This document shows positions 51,131 through 63,867 of a DNA stretch of 63,867 nucleotides, piece after piece. Under the pieces are notes generated by a model, which worked only from the letters and a program-made list of their open reading frames with translations, did no database searches and was not told where the DNA came from. The position numbers and the translations under genes were made by a program. Within the stretch, counting starts at the first letter, position 1. Every line of letters begins with the position of its first letter. Origin of the DNA: Gracilinanus agilis (Eukaryota); the NCBI RefSeq assembly GCF_016433145.1, contig NC_058135.1, forward strand, positions 285,300,911-285,364,777, given 5' to 3'.

Positions 51131-53151
51131 TGAGTCTGGATTGCCATGACCACCGCCTCCGACTACCGTAAGCCCCAGATCATGGGCTTCTCTGAAGTGA
51201 GGAAGATGGATGTGAGCCTCAGAGACCATCTGCGGAAACGGGAGCCTTCCCAGATAAATGGAAGGACCAAAGCTTTACCTTCACACTCTCGTCAGCCTGA
51301 AGGACCCACGTCCTAGTGATCTGGTATCAATAGTTGGGGATCACTGGTGAGAAAATCGAGGGACTTCATTGTGGACAGTTAGTGGCGCACACCGACTCCT
51401 CTTGTGACTCAGTTCTGGAGCTGCCTCTCAGTCCCTCTCTTCCAACTTCCCACTTGAGAGAAAATGTATTCAGTCACGAGAATTGGGAGAAACCCTTATT
51501 ACTTTGTTTGAGCCCAGCTCTTCCTGGCGGGGAGACGGGGCCCCCTGTGGCTGTGGTCCAGTGACTTCACCAGGGACCCAGCCAGAGCCTGAGACTGATG
51601 CAAGGAGTTTTCTCATAATTGTACACCTGATGCAACCCATTTGTCCTCTATGAAAACTGGCCCCGGGTTGATCAATCGGTTATTGCTTCCATGTTCTTTG
51701 ATGGTTTACAGATCCTTGGGGAGGAGTTTCTGACTTCAGGGAATTACACCTGTTCATTCTCTCCCTCCCAACTTGGAAAGTTCATCTTTCCTCCAATTAG
51801 AATTCAGATGACCTAATGTATCGTTTCCTTTTAATTAATTGGTCTTATCAGATTGTTTTTCATGTACAAAGTCTGCCTCTTCCTGTATCCGGGGTCCAGC
51901 TCCAAGTTGAGGAAGGCAGTCGGTCCCGATTTGTTGGGCAATTGCCATGCACAGCTTGGCAAATACTATGTTCAGAAGACCGTACTTCTGTTTCCTCAGT
52001 CGTTTCATCTTTTGCTCCGTATAGAGTGAACCCAGATCCAAAGAGACCAAGAGAAATGAGTCCATAAATGGAAATCTTTTGGATCCCATTTTAGCATATA
52101 GATTTTCCCTTGATCCAAATTCTATGACAAGATAGGCTAAGAGAGAAAGAATGATGATGCTCCATTGTGCTGCCAAAGCCTGTACAGGTGAACCAAAATC
52201 TCTTTCTCCTTTAACTCCCCAAACTGTCCTTCCTTAAGCTACTTCATACAGTTCATACAGCATCACTGTTTAACAAGGGGGGGGGGGGAAACCATAATAA
52301 AAAAGTTTTGTTTAATGTGACAGAATAGCTTATCTTGTTTCCTCCCACATGGAGTAAAGAAGGGGCTCTCCTCCCTTCAATGAATATCTAAATTCTCTCA
52401 CTGGAGAAGGATAGGTCATATGCCAGGAATGTGCTGGAGCTAGCTCAATCAGTTCAGGAGAATTGACTATATAGAATAATATATATTACATTATTATACA
52501 TGTAATATATTATCACATAATATATAATAATTACATATGGAAATTATAAAATATCAATGTGAATATTTGCTCCTCTAAATTGTCAGATGATTAAAATCCG
52601 GGAATAATTTTTTGTTTTGTTGATTTCTAGATTTAATAAATTGAGAAAAAGCTAACAGAGATTAAATTAAAAAATGTATCACAGAAAATTTTTCAGAGGG
52701 TCAGTTATTAGAACATTTGTCAGGCCCCTACAAGTGCTATCACCAATCTCTTCAAGGGGATGACAAAAGAGAAAACTGCCCTTCATCGAGTCAGTTACCT
52801 CAATTGACCAGTCCTGGCCATTCTCTTAGAATTGATTTAAAAAAAAAAAAAAAAGCATCATCTTCAAGACATTTTCCTAAGAAAAACCTTTTTGGACTCC
52901 ATCATTCACTTTCCTACAGGATTTTTTTTTTCTGTCTTTAAATTTTTTGCGATTGTTCAATCGTTTTGGTCCTGTCTGTAATTCTGTTAGATGGATTTGG
53001 AACTGGCCAATTGATTGCCAACATTAGCCACTGAGGATTCAGGCTAAATTTGGAAGGGCATCTCCAGTGGGGCACCCTTTAACTCTGCCCTTGGCTGTGT
53101 TACATCTTTATCAGGTACCGGGATGAAGGCAAAGATGGTTTTCTCATCAGA

Positions 53152-53270
53152 TCAGCAGATGGCGCCCTAGCAGGGATGGGTGGTAACATGCTTGACCTAA
53201 CTGGTCCTCCTGCTCTGAGCTCCAGCTTTCCAAAAGGCTTCAGTATCACAAATGTCCGCCAGAGGGAGCG
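53152..53270 (+). promoter_or_regulatory. Two tandem CTCF motifs (TCAGCAGATGGCGCC 53152-53166; CCGCCAGAGGGAGCG 53256-53270)
   Basis: Close matches to the CTCF consensus, in the same orientation, about 100 bp apart. Confidence 0.6.
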
Positions 53271-55789
53271 TTTGAGCACTTTGAGACTACTGCCTCCCTG
53301 CCAGCTCCTGGCACCTGGTGCAGCTGTTAGGTTCAATCTATATCTAAGAATACGCTGTTCATGAGCCCCCATCCCAAAACTTCCGCCCTCTTGGCCCAGC
53401 CTTCTTCATAAAGCTCAGATGGTTGGCTTAAATTTTAGAGGCTGTAGGACTTGGGAAAATGAAGTTAATAAACGGCAAACTCCCAAAACAGCAAAATAGA
53501 AATCGTAGAGAAGTTCTGAATATCAAAACTCTAAAGAAGGTGCTTTGTCCAATCTATTGCCTTTTTTTCTTTTTATTTGTGTCCTCAGCATTTAACCTAG
53601 TGCCTGGCACATAGTAGGTGCCTAATAAATGGTTATTGAGGGAGCCATTACTCTCTTCCCCCACCCTTTCACACATCTCTTAGCCAATAGATTGGGACAG
53701 GAAACGAAGAAATAAAGGAAGGGATTACAGATTTGTACATCATTGAGATTGGTTCAGTAAGCAATCTGAGGAAAGGGGAAAGCCCAGGTTTAGGACTACA
53801 GCCCACTTATTCTCATTGTATTTGGGTAGTGTGCAATTTTGCAGGAACTACTGGATTAGTATATTCTTGCTGAGGTCCAAATTCCACTGCCCAGTCCAGT
53901 CCCACTGGTTCCAAGGTGCTCCAGGTTCCTGCCTTCAGATCCCTGTTCTGAACATTCTAGCTCCCCAAGATCAGAACCACAACTTCCCCCTACCCCTACC
54001 TCCCTCAGGTCCCATTGAAGCCATTGGGCAGGAACCCCCTCTCCAGCAGTATTTTCAAGTCTCAGAAGCTTCTGACTTCCAAGTATGCCATAAAATGGCA
54101 GATAGAATTCTTTTTTTTTTTTTTTTAACCCTTATCTTCTGTCTTGGAGTCAATACTGTGTATTGGCTCACAGGTGGAAGAGTGGTAAGGGTGGGCAATG
54201 GGGGTCAAGTGACTTGCCCAGGGTCACACAGCTGGGAAGTGTCTGAGGCCAGATTTGAACCCAGGACCTCTCGTCTAAGCCTGGCTCTCAGTCCACTGAG
54301 CTACCCAGCTGCCCCCTAGAATTCTTTTTTTTTTTTAATTTTTTTTTAGATTTTTTTTTTTATTTTAAACCTTTTAACTTCTGTGTATTGACTTATAGGT
54401 GGAAGAGTGGTAAGGGTAGGCAATGGGGGCCAAGTGACTTGCCCAGGGTCACACAGCTGGGAAGTGTCTGAGGCCGGATTTGAACCTAGGACCTCCTGTC
54501 TCTAGGCCTGGCTCTCAATCCACTGAGCTACCCAGCTGCCCCTAGAATTCTTTTTTAAGAAAAATGAACCACGGATGTCTTCATGGTCTATATTGCTTAC
54601 ATATAGCTTCTCTGTATTTCCCCAAGTTTTTGCCAAACTCCTTCTTTGTTAACATTTCTGGGAAAGAAAGGCACCATCAGGAATGCCTTAATATGTTTGT
54701 AAACCACTTAAGTGACCGTCCCGGATTTACTCTTTTCCCAAGCTTTGGACCTTCTATTTTCTGTGCTCCAGGTTTTTCATGTGTTCTGTAATGTTTTACT
54801 GCCCTTTTATTACTGTTATTATTCAGTCATTTTCAACTCTATATGACCCCATTGGGGGTTTTCTTGGCAAAGTTACTGAAGTGATTTGCCATTTCCTCCT
54901 CCAGCTCATTTTACATGAGGAAACTAAGGCAAATGCAGCAAAGTGACTTGCCTAGGAAGTGTCTGAAGCTAAATTTGAACTCATGAATATGAGTCTTCCT
55001 GATTCCAAGCCTGGTACTCTATCCATTGTGCCACCAAGCTGCCTGTCTGCCTTTAATGTTCTGTCAAGGCTGATATCTCTTATTGGCCCATTTACTGTTC
55101 TTCAAACATGGAAGTTTATCTTCCACTTCTCTGTTTTCACCCAGTGTTCTTGCAATGTTCCCCCTCTTGGTTTCTGCCTCTTAGGACTCCTGGCTTCCTC
55201 AGTTTAAGCATCACCACCTACAGGAAGCCTTTCCCAGTCTCTCCAGCTGCCTCTTCCTCTATGGCTTCCTTTCTTCTCTTCCCTCTGTTTTTTTGCTTAA
55301 AATAATTTTATTTATATATTGGCTCCCCCATTTAAATGAAAGCTCCTTGAGGACAAGAACAAGAGGCTATGTGTATCTATTTTTCTTTGTATCCACAGTG
55401 TTTAACACAGTCTCTGGCACACAGTAAGAGCATAATAAATGCTTACCGATTGGTATATTGAACCCAGTGGTGACTCAGATATTCCCCTGATCCCCTGGAG
55501 AATGCAGAAAACCTCTTCAAACAGGTTCTTTCCAATGGAGAGAGCAAGTGCTCTGGATAAACCCTGTACCCGAGGTTTCCCCTCTTGTCCCTTAACCATG
55601 GACCAAATTATGTTGTCATAAATCTGAGTGATAGGAGTTACTTTAGTATTAAGAACACAGAACATAAAATTTGATGGTTAAAAAGGGCCTTAGAACATAG
55701 GATATTAGACCTGGAAAGGGGCTTAGGAGACCCAATATAGAATACCAGAGCAGTTAAGGGTCATGGGAAATAGAATTTTAAATTTATTT

Positions 55790-58110
55790 TTTATTTTATT
55801 TTTTAGAAAAAATTTCCATGGTTACATGATTCATGTTCTTTCTCTCTCCTCTAAACCACTCCCTCCCTGTAGTCAATGTGCCTTTCCACTGGGTTTTACA
55901 TGTGTCATAGATCAAGACCTATTTCCATATTATTGATAGTTGCACTGGGGTGGTCATTAAGAATCTACGTCCCCAATCATATTGCCATCAACCCATGTGT
56001 TCAAGCAGTTGTTTTTCTTCTGTGTTTCTGCTCCCACAGTTCTTCCTCTGAATGTGAATAGCGTTCTTTCTCAGAAGTCCCTCATAGTTGTCCTGGACCA
56101 TTGCATTGTTGCTGATAGAGAAGTCCATTACATTCGATTTTACCACAGTGTATCCATCTCTGTGTATAATGTTCACCTGTTCTGCTCCTTTCACTCTGCA
56201 TCAATTCCTGGAGGTCTTTTCAGTTCACATGGAATTCCTCCAGTTTATTATTCCTTTGAGCACAATAGTATTCCATCACCAGCATATACCACAATTTGTT
56301 CAGTCATCCTCCAATTGAAGGGCATCCTCTCGTTTTCCAGTTTTTTTGCCACCACAAAGAGCATGCCTATAAATATTTTTATACATATCTTTTTCCCCAT
56401 GATCTCTTTGGGGTACAATCCAGCAGTGGTATGGCTGGATCAAAGGGCAGATAGTTTTTTAAAGTCCTTTGGGCATAGTTCTAAATTGCCATCCAGAATG
56501 GTTGGACCAATTCACAACTCCACCAGCAATGCATGAATGTCCCAATTTTGCCACATCTCCAACATTTATTGCTTTCCTTTGCTGTCATGTTAGCTAATCT
56601 TCAAGGTATGAGTGTTATATTCATATCCTGAGAAATGTTGGATGTCACCTTGATTAACAAGGGAGGCAGTTGGAGAGACTGGAATGTTCCTAGATGCTGT
56701 GAGCCAGGGGGCAAAAGTCGGTTGGCCTGGGTGTATAAATAAAAGTCAGTTGACCTGGAGGGGTCTTTTTGGTCTTTTGGATTTTGGTCCCTTAGATCTT
56801 TAGGTCTCTGAATTTTCCTAGCTCTTTAGGTCTCTGGGTCCCTGGGTGGTTAAGGGAGGCTGGGAGCTCTATGAAGAAGAGGGTTGGTGAGATTTGAATA
56901 TTTCCTGAATGCTGTGAGAGCTAATACATCACCAAACACTGATAGTGAGAAAGCTGAGAGAATAAAATCACCAATACAGCTGTATCAAGAGCAGCCAATA
57001 TTTCTCTGGCTTGGCAGTGGCCAGGCTAGGCCAGAGGGGTTGTGAAGAACAAAGCTCCAGCTTCTACTAAATCAATAGCCTCCAGTCTTAAGTGTTAATC
57101 AATTATAGATATCAGATTGACAGGGTCTCCAATCCCTAATCCTTATCCTTATTATCCTTTCCCTAATTATAGATCATAGATAAAGAGTGTTTAATAAGTA
57201 CCTTCCTGATTAGTCTTTATATCAGGACCCTTGGGGAGGGAGCTAACACAGTCAGATAACAAACATGATCCAAGGCTAATCAGAGCCCTGTGTTAATAAT
57301 TTATCCAACCCCAGGTTGGACCTGAAAGGGTTACCTATCCACTTAACCTTTCAGGGTCCTTCCCTGGGCAACTGTTATTGAAAGGTGAAATTATAACAAC
57401 TAGAAAGGGTGATTGGGTTGGTGTTCCCCCATCATCTGCACCTAGGGAGAATAGAGATAAATCCACCTCACTAGATATTTATATCTCCCTAGGACCCCCT
57501 CTTTCTTTATAACATGAGGTGGTACCTCTGAGTTGTTTTGATTTGCATTTCTGTAATAATAAGAGATTTAGAACACTTTTTCATGTGCTTATTGAGTTTT
57601 TATTTCTTTGTCTGAAAATTGCCTATTCATGTCCCTTGTCCATTTATTAACTGAGGAATGGCTTGATTTTTTTTGTACAATTGATTTAGCTCCGTATATA
57701 TTTGAGTAATTAGACCTTTGTCATAGTTTTTTGTTATAAAGATTTTTTTTTCCAATTTGTTGATTCCCTTCTAATTTTGGTTGCATTGATATTGTTTGTA
57801 CAAAACCCTTTTAATTTAATGTAATCAAAATGACTTATTTTACATTTTGTAATTTTCTCTAACTCTTGCTTGGTTTTAAAATCTTTCCTTTCCCAGAGAT
57901 CTGACAAGTATACTATTCCATGCTCACCAAATTTGCTTATAGTTTCCTTCTTTATATTCAAGTCATTCACCCATTCTGAATTTATCTTGGTGTAGGGTGT
58001 GAGATGTTGATCTAAACCTAATCTCTCCTATATTGTTTTCCAATTTTCCCAGCAGTTTTTGTCAAATAGTGGATTTTTGTCCCACAAGCTGGGCTCTTTG
58101 GGTTTTTCAT
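55790..58110 (-). mobile_element. L1 3' portion (ORF2 C-terminus + 3'UTR), interrupted by LTR
   Basis: ORF 57734-57970 is L1 ORF2 C-terminal-like (DYIKLKGFCTN); marsupial L1 3'UTR follows. Confidence 0.9.
56613..57514. mobile_element. Solo LTR (ERV1-like) inside L1
   Basis: TGTTATA...TATAACA termini; 4-bp TSD TGAG (56609-56612 and 57515-57518); L1 continues on both sides. Confidence 0.85.
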
Positions 58111-58649
58111 AGACCATGGGGAATAGAATTTTAGAAACAGAAGGAACCTTAGAATAGAATTAATAATTAGTCCCAGTATGACCTTGTCTCTCCACTCTCC
58201 ACCTGGGCTGTGTCCAGAGCAGTGACCATAATGCTCAGCTATGCATCTCCTTTCCCAGTCTCAGAGTTCTCACCCTACACTGGATGGTCGTCAGGGCTGG
58301 CAGTTATTACTTGTCGTCCATGCCCGGTCTAGTCTGATCTTCCCAGGCAAGGAAACTACATTGGAATTTGTCATTTGGGGGTGGGGCAAGCCCTGAACAG
58401 ACTCACAGAACATCTGGCTTTGGTTTTGCCTGTTTTATGCTCAATAACCAAGAATGGAACATGGTTCAGCCATAAACAAACACATCAGTGGATTTGGGCT
58501 CCATTTTCCCACTGTAGTGAGTGCTACTCCTTCTTCTGACTCCTTCACCCTCTTTGACCCTGACTTTCTAAATTCTATGATCTTCTAAGGTCTCTCCAGC
58601 CCTAGCACTGGGTTCTATGTTCTAAGGAACTTCTGCCATATTTTGTTTT

Positions 58650-59290
58650 AACCTCATGTCCAGCTCTGACATATCGACTGATTGAGACGAGAAGATATCT
58701 GAAGGTTCTAGTGGGCTCGATCTCAGTCCAAAAGATGACGTGGCGGTCCCAAAAGAGAATATCCTATAGATGGCACTCTGAGAAAAGTCATCGCAACCAA
58801 TGGAAGGAAGTAGTTCTACCACACTCTGCCATGGTCAAGCCGCAGCTAGAGTACCATGGTCAGTTCCAGGTTCTGAAGAGGATACACTAGGTAGAACCAC
58901 AAGAGGGCCACCAGGGGAGTGAGAGAATTGGAGAACATGCCATACAAGGATAAGCTGAAGGAAGTGGGAGCCTGCTTACCCTGGACGAGAAAAGAACTGA
59001 GGAATATGACAGATGCCTTCAACTACTGAAAGAACAGAAACATGGAAGGAGTCAGTTGTTCAATGTATGGGAGATGTAGAAAGACAGATTTTGGTTTGAC
59101 AAGAGGAACAGCTTCCTAACCATGATGAATTCTAGAATTCCAGAAAATGCAATGGGCTGCTTTAAGAATGAATGGGTTCCCACTCACTAGAGAGCTTTGG
59201 GAGAACGCCCGATGGCTACTCATTGAGTATGGAGGAAAGTCTTGTTCAGCTAATCATTAGATTCGATTACCACTAAGGCTCCTTCTGATT
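58650..59290 (+). mobile_element. L3/CR1 LINE fragment
   Basis: Degenerate CR1 RT C-terminal sequence (CTCTGCC.TGGTCA..CC.CA.CT.GAGTAC). Confidence 0.7.
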
Positions 59291-61640
59291 CTGATATTCT
59301 GTGGTTCTTGACTTCAGGTATTAGTAGAACTTGGACAGAGGGAAGAAGCAGGAAGGAGTAACATGACAGAAACACTGAGCTATGGTAGTATGAATCATAT
59401 TTGAGGGTCCTGAGGCAAGAAGTCCTGGGTTCAAAACAGAGATCTGCTACTTGCTAACTGTATTATATTAAGCAGCTCATTTTCTCTCTCTTGACATCAG
59501 TTCCCCATCTTTAAAATCAAGGTGTTAAGAGATGATGTCTCAGATCTGACCTCAGACTTTTCCTAGCTATATGACCTGGACGAGTCATTTAACCCCATTT
59601 GCCTAGCCCTTGCTCTTCTGTCTTAGGGTTATTAGGACAGAAAGAAGCCAGTAGGTGGGCCTAACAACCAAAGAATAGGATGCAGAATTCCAAAAACTGA
59701 AAGACATTGTCTAACCTAGAACACAGAATGTCCTAGAGGAAAAGGGCCTTAAAACATAGATGGTCAGAGATGAGAATATCTAGTCGAACTCTCCTATTTT
59801 AGCATTTGTTTTCTCTTTTTTTTTAAACCCTTAACTTCTGTGTATTGGCTCCTAGGTGGAAGAGTGGTCAGGGCTGGGCAATGGGGGTCAAGTGACTTGC
59901 CCAGGGTCACCCAGCTGGGAAGTGTCTGAGGCTGGCTTTGAACCCAGGACCTCCAGTCTCTAGACCTGACTCTCAGTCCACTGAGCTACCCAGCTGCCCC
60001 TTAGCATTTGTTTAGAAGATCTCTTTCTCCACTTTGCCAAGGGCTCTGGCCCCCGTGTACCAATCTGATGAAGGAGAGCTAGTTCCCAATTGATTGGAGA
60101 CATTAGAAAAGAGAGGATGGGCTCCCCCAGAAGAGCCCTGCAGAGCGGGGAGCTTTCTGGGGGCCCCTCCCTGTGCAGAAGGACAGCTTGAGCCAGAGAG
60201 GAGTTAGGCTGTTTGTAAGGAAATGCCCCCCATTCCCCTGGGGAAAGAAGAAGGGAGTCAGCTTGTTTGTCTTGGAGTCTTGTAAATCTTCAGTAAATGG
60301 ATTAAATCCTTCGTAATTAGGACACTCCTGGATTATGGGGAAGCCTTTGTACACAAAGAGGTTTCTATAAGTACTTAACATTTCAACTGTTGACTCTCTC
60401 TGTGTGCTCAGTGAAGCCTGATTGCCTAGAGAGAACAGCCATAAACTTGACCTCGGCTAGTCTGGGCCGTTTCCAAGTGCGTGGAGGGAAACGACAAGAA
60501 ATAGCCCTCTTTAGCTCCTGGGGCTCCCCACTCTGATGCATCAAAGTCAGTCACATCTCTTGCGATATAATAATAATCTTTTTTTTTTTTTTAATTTTTT
60601 AAACCCTTAACTTCTGTGTATTGACTTATAGGTGGAAGATTGGTAAGGGTAGGCAATGGGGGTCAAGTGACTTGCCCAGGGTCACACAGCTGGGAAGTGT
60701 CTGAGGCTGGATTTGAACCCAGGACCTCCCGTCTCTAGGCCTGGCTCTCAATCCACTGAGCTACCCAGCTGCCCTCTATAATAATAATCTTGAGAGATTA
60801 TTCCCCCCCCTCCCCCCCAGGATCTCTTCTGCTTCAGTGGGAGGCGCCCAAACCTGAGCCAATGACTCCGAGTTGAAACTCTGTGCCATGGACGATTTCA
60901 CCTCACAGAGATCTAGAGAATCTCTTATACTTTTAAGGCTCGATTTAGAAAAAGAGGATCTTCCAAAGGCATATTGTTATTCAGTCGTGTCCAGCTCTTT
61001 ATGACCCCATTCGGGGTTTTCTTGGCAGCGATACTGGCGCGGTTTGCCATTTCCTTCTCCAGCTCATTTTAAAGATGAAGAAACTGAGGCAAACCAAGTT
61101 AAGGGACTTGCTCAGGGTCACACAGCTAGCAAATGCCTCAGACCAGATTTGAACTCAGGTCTTCCTGACTCCAGGCTTGACCCTCTATCTGCAGCACCTG
61201 GCTACCCTTTACAGTGAATAGACCTGAATTCAAATCTTTGCCCCACTGCGTGTGTCCTGGTTTTGGACAGGTAACATACATTTTCTAGGTCTTGTTTCCT
61301 CATCTATAAAATGAGTGATGGATGGGGATGGTACAAGATGGTCTCTAAAGTCTCTTCCAATGATTCTCTGACTCCAAGAATTGTCAGAGATCCCCTTCAA
61401 GCTTAAGACTTGTGGTCTCAGCAGTGAGGAGTGATTGGAAGGGGTAGGAAAGGGTGATGAAACTTGACTTGAGGAGGAAACTTTTCTTCCTTGAGTTTGC
61501 AAAGAGAAAAGACAGGCTAGTGAAGAACCTCCTCTCAACCCTCTGGAGGGCAGAGCCATTCATCTTCTCATATTCCAGTGCCATTTTAGGGTTTACAAAG
61601 GACAAGTAGAACAAGGTCTCTAGCTCACTCTCAGAAACAA

Positions 61641-61720
61641 ATGCCTCAACCCCTCAGGCCCGACTCTAGAACTCTGGGGGCGACAAAGGTTCTAGAGTCC
61701 TGCCTGAGGACTTAGGGCAT
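61641..61720 (-). ncRNA. Candidate pri-miRNA hairpin (unverified)
   Basis: About 32-bp stem with few mismatches, 13-16 nt loop, UGU in the loop on the - strand. Confidence 0.4.
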
Positions 61721-62084
61721 CTTTCTCAAAAGCTGTTGGGTCGAACCTCCATCCCCATGTGTTCTCCCCATTGTTGGTCACCAAAGATTGCTGCCCCCAT
61801 TCACTCTAACCACCTACCATTGATTAGTTTTGGCGGAGGACTATTTATTTGGAAGGTATGGTAAGAATAAAGGTACTTATTTCCTACCAACAGCTTAGAG
61901 ACACACTCTTGGTCTGTAGGAGTGTGAGATTGCTCGGAATACAGTTTAGATATAGCTTTGGTCCCACCAAGTTCACGTTCAAATGTGTTCCTGCCACACG
62001 AATCCTTGTCCAGCTGCTTCTGGTCCTCAGTCTTCAGAACACTGAAGCTGGACGTGACTCCTTCAAGACTACTTCCAAGAATCT

Positions 62085-63867
62085 TCAAGGGATAGGAATA
62101 GGCAGTTTTAAGATGAAGAAACCAAAACTAATAGTAATCACATAAAAAAATGTTCTAAATCCCTCCTGATTAGACAAATGCAAATCAAAACAACTCTGAT
62201 ATACCACCTCACCCCTAGCAGAGGGGCCAATATGACAGTAAAGGAAAATAACAGATGTTGGAAGGGATGTGGCAAAATTGGGACACTAATGCATTGCTAG
62301 TAGAATTGTGAATTGATCCAACCATTCTGGAAGGCATTTTGCAATTATGCCCAAAGGGCTTTAAAAGAATACATGTTATTTGATCCAGAAATATCACTAC
62401 TGGGTCTGNNNNNNNNNNNNNNNNNNNNNNNNNNNNNNNNNNNNNNNNNNNNNNNNNNNNNNNNNNNNNNNNNNNNNNNNNNNNNNNNNNNNNNNNNNNN
62501 NNNNNNNNNNNNNNNNNNNNNNNNNNNNNNNNNNNNNNNNNNNNNNNNNNNNNNNNNNNNNNNNNNNNNNNNNNNNNNNNNNNNNNNNNNNNNNNNNNNN
62601 NNNNNNNNNNNNNNNNNNNNNNNNNNNNNNNNNNNNNNNNNNNNNNNNNNNNNNNNNNNNNNNNNNNNNNNNNNNNNNNNNNNNNNNNNNNNNNNNNNNN
62701 NNNNNNNNNNNNNNNNNNNNNNNNNNNNNNNNNNNNNNNNNNNNNNNNNNNNNNNNNNNNNNNNNNNNNNNNNNNNNNNNNNNNNNNNNNNNNNNNNNNN
62801 NNNNNNNNNNNNNNNNNNNNNNNNNNNNNNNNNNNNNNNNNNNNNNNNNNNNNNNNNNNNNNNNNNNNNNNNNNNNNNNNNNNNNNNNNNNNNNNNNNNN
62901 NNNNNNNNNNNNNNNNNNNNNNNNNNNNNNNNNNNNNNNNNNNNNNNNNNNNNNNNNNNNNNNNNNNNNATATTTATAGCTGTGCTCTTTGTGGTGGCAA
63001 AAAATTGGAAAATGAGGGGATATCCCTTGATTGGGGAATGGTTGAACAATTTGTGGCATATGACGGTGATGGTGTGTGAATAGAATCAGCTCACCCTCAT
63101 TCACTTGTTTAGATTCTCGACACCAGAAAAAATGTCACTCCACCCAACTTAGAATTAAGTGGGGAGGGGGAGGTCTGTTACCCACACATGATAGTAACAA
63201 ATAAAAAACAAACAGTGTCAAGGTTGTCATTTGTCCACTTGAAATTGGAGATGGACGCAGGAAGTGACGAAAGCTGCCCTTTTAAATATGATGGTAACTT
63301 CCTGTGGAAAGCTGTTGGCGCTTTGAACTCAGTGTAGAAGAATCTCTGGTGAGACCTCAGACTGCTTCCCTTTGAATTGTCACGTGGGTACTTTAGGCTG
63401 ACTCTCTTTCCTTTTTCCTTTGGCATTTCTGGAGGCTCCAGCCTCAGGGAGGCCTCTCTTCTTAGAGGAGGCCTTGTGGCTAGAAGCCTGGTTTAATTCA
63501 CTCTGTGCCCCTCTGCTGGGGCCTCTAAATTCCTACCTGCTTCAGGCCTCTGGTCTGGGCCAGAGTTTCTCTCTCTTAATTTTCCTACTGTCAACCTTCC
63601 TAATTGTAAATAAACCACCATAAAAGTCATCCTGACTTGGGTCTATTTTATTTTGAAGTCGAGTTAATCGATTTCTTTGGCCATACCTTAAATATCTAGT
63701 CTCCCCTCTTACAATGGAATACTATTGTACTATAAGGAATGAACTGCTTGATTTCTATAAGAAATGGAAAGACTTCCATGAACTGATGCAGAGTGAAATA
63801 AGTAGAACCAGAAGAACATTTTACAAAGAAACTGAAACACTGTGGGATGATCAAATGTAATTGACTT
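62085..63867 (+). mobile_element. L1 3' portion with assembly gap and LTR insertion
   Basis: Typical L1 ORF2 end (MQIKTTL.YHLTP; IQPFWK; LFVVAKNW). Confidence 0.85.
63073..63713 (+). mobile_element. Solo LTR (ERV1-like) inside L1 3' end
   Basis: TG...CA termini, 4-bp TSD ATGG, both ends similar to the LTR at 10528-11183. Confidence 0.85.

Noticed and set aside
52470-52560. AT-rich quasi-palindrome
   Set aside because: Low-complexity TA repeat.
53061-53075. Possible third CTCF site
   Set aside because: Needs a gap to fit the core motif.
61849-62145. 98-aa + strand ORF
   Set aside because: Runs into L1 sequence; no recognisable homology.
62313-63104. ORFs with X runs (also 18913-19228)
   Set aside because: Artefacts of N gaps within L1 or MIR sequence.
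50300-63867. Secretoglobin genes expected from human synteny
   Set aside because: No signal-peptide exon or SCGB cysteine pattern found by eye.

Overview
Marsupial genomic DNA, most likely a didelphid such as Monodelphis, judged from about 20 young opossum-type tRNA-derived SINEs plus marsupial L1/LTR repeats. The window holds the complete INCENP gene on the + strand: a non-coding exon 1 in a CpG island with a CCAAT/CHR cell-cycle promoter, and 18 coding exons (ATG 20927 to TGA 49826; 2637 nt; 878 aa, or 874 aa without a 12-nt GSFV microexon) with consistent splice phases. The rest is mostly repeats: SINEs, L1, L2/L3, ERV LTRs and hAT MITEs. There are two assembly gaps (19039-19177 and 62409-62969). 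The best leads are: (1) a truncated provirus upstream of the promoter whose junction is patched with inverted copies of INCENP intron 1, the INCENP 3' flank and its own LTR end; (2) a pri-miRNA-like hairpin at 61.64-61.72 kb; (3) an orphan NRF1/YY1/ETS CpG promoter at about 7.4 kb; (4) the conserved microexon with a downstream QKI motif; (5) an antisense 3'UTR retrocopy with TSDs in intron 4; (6) a hAT MITE inserted into a SINE. No bacterial-type system or CRISPR array is present. All homology calls are from memory; no database search was run.
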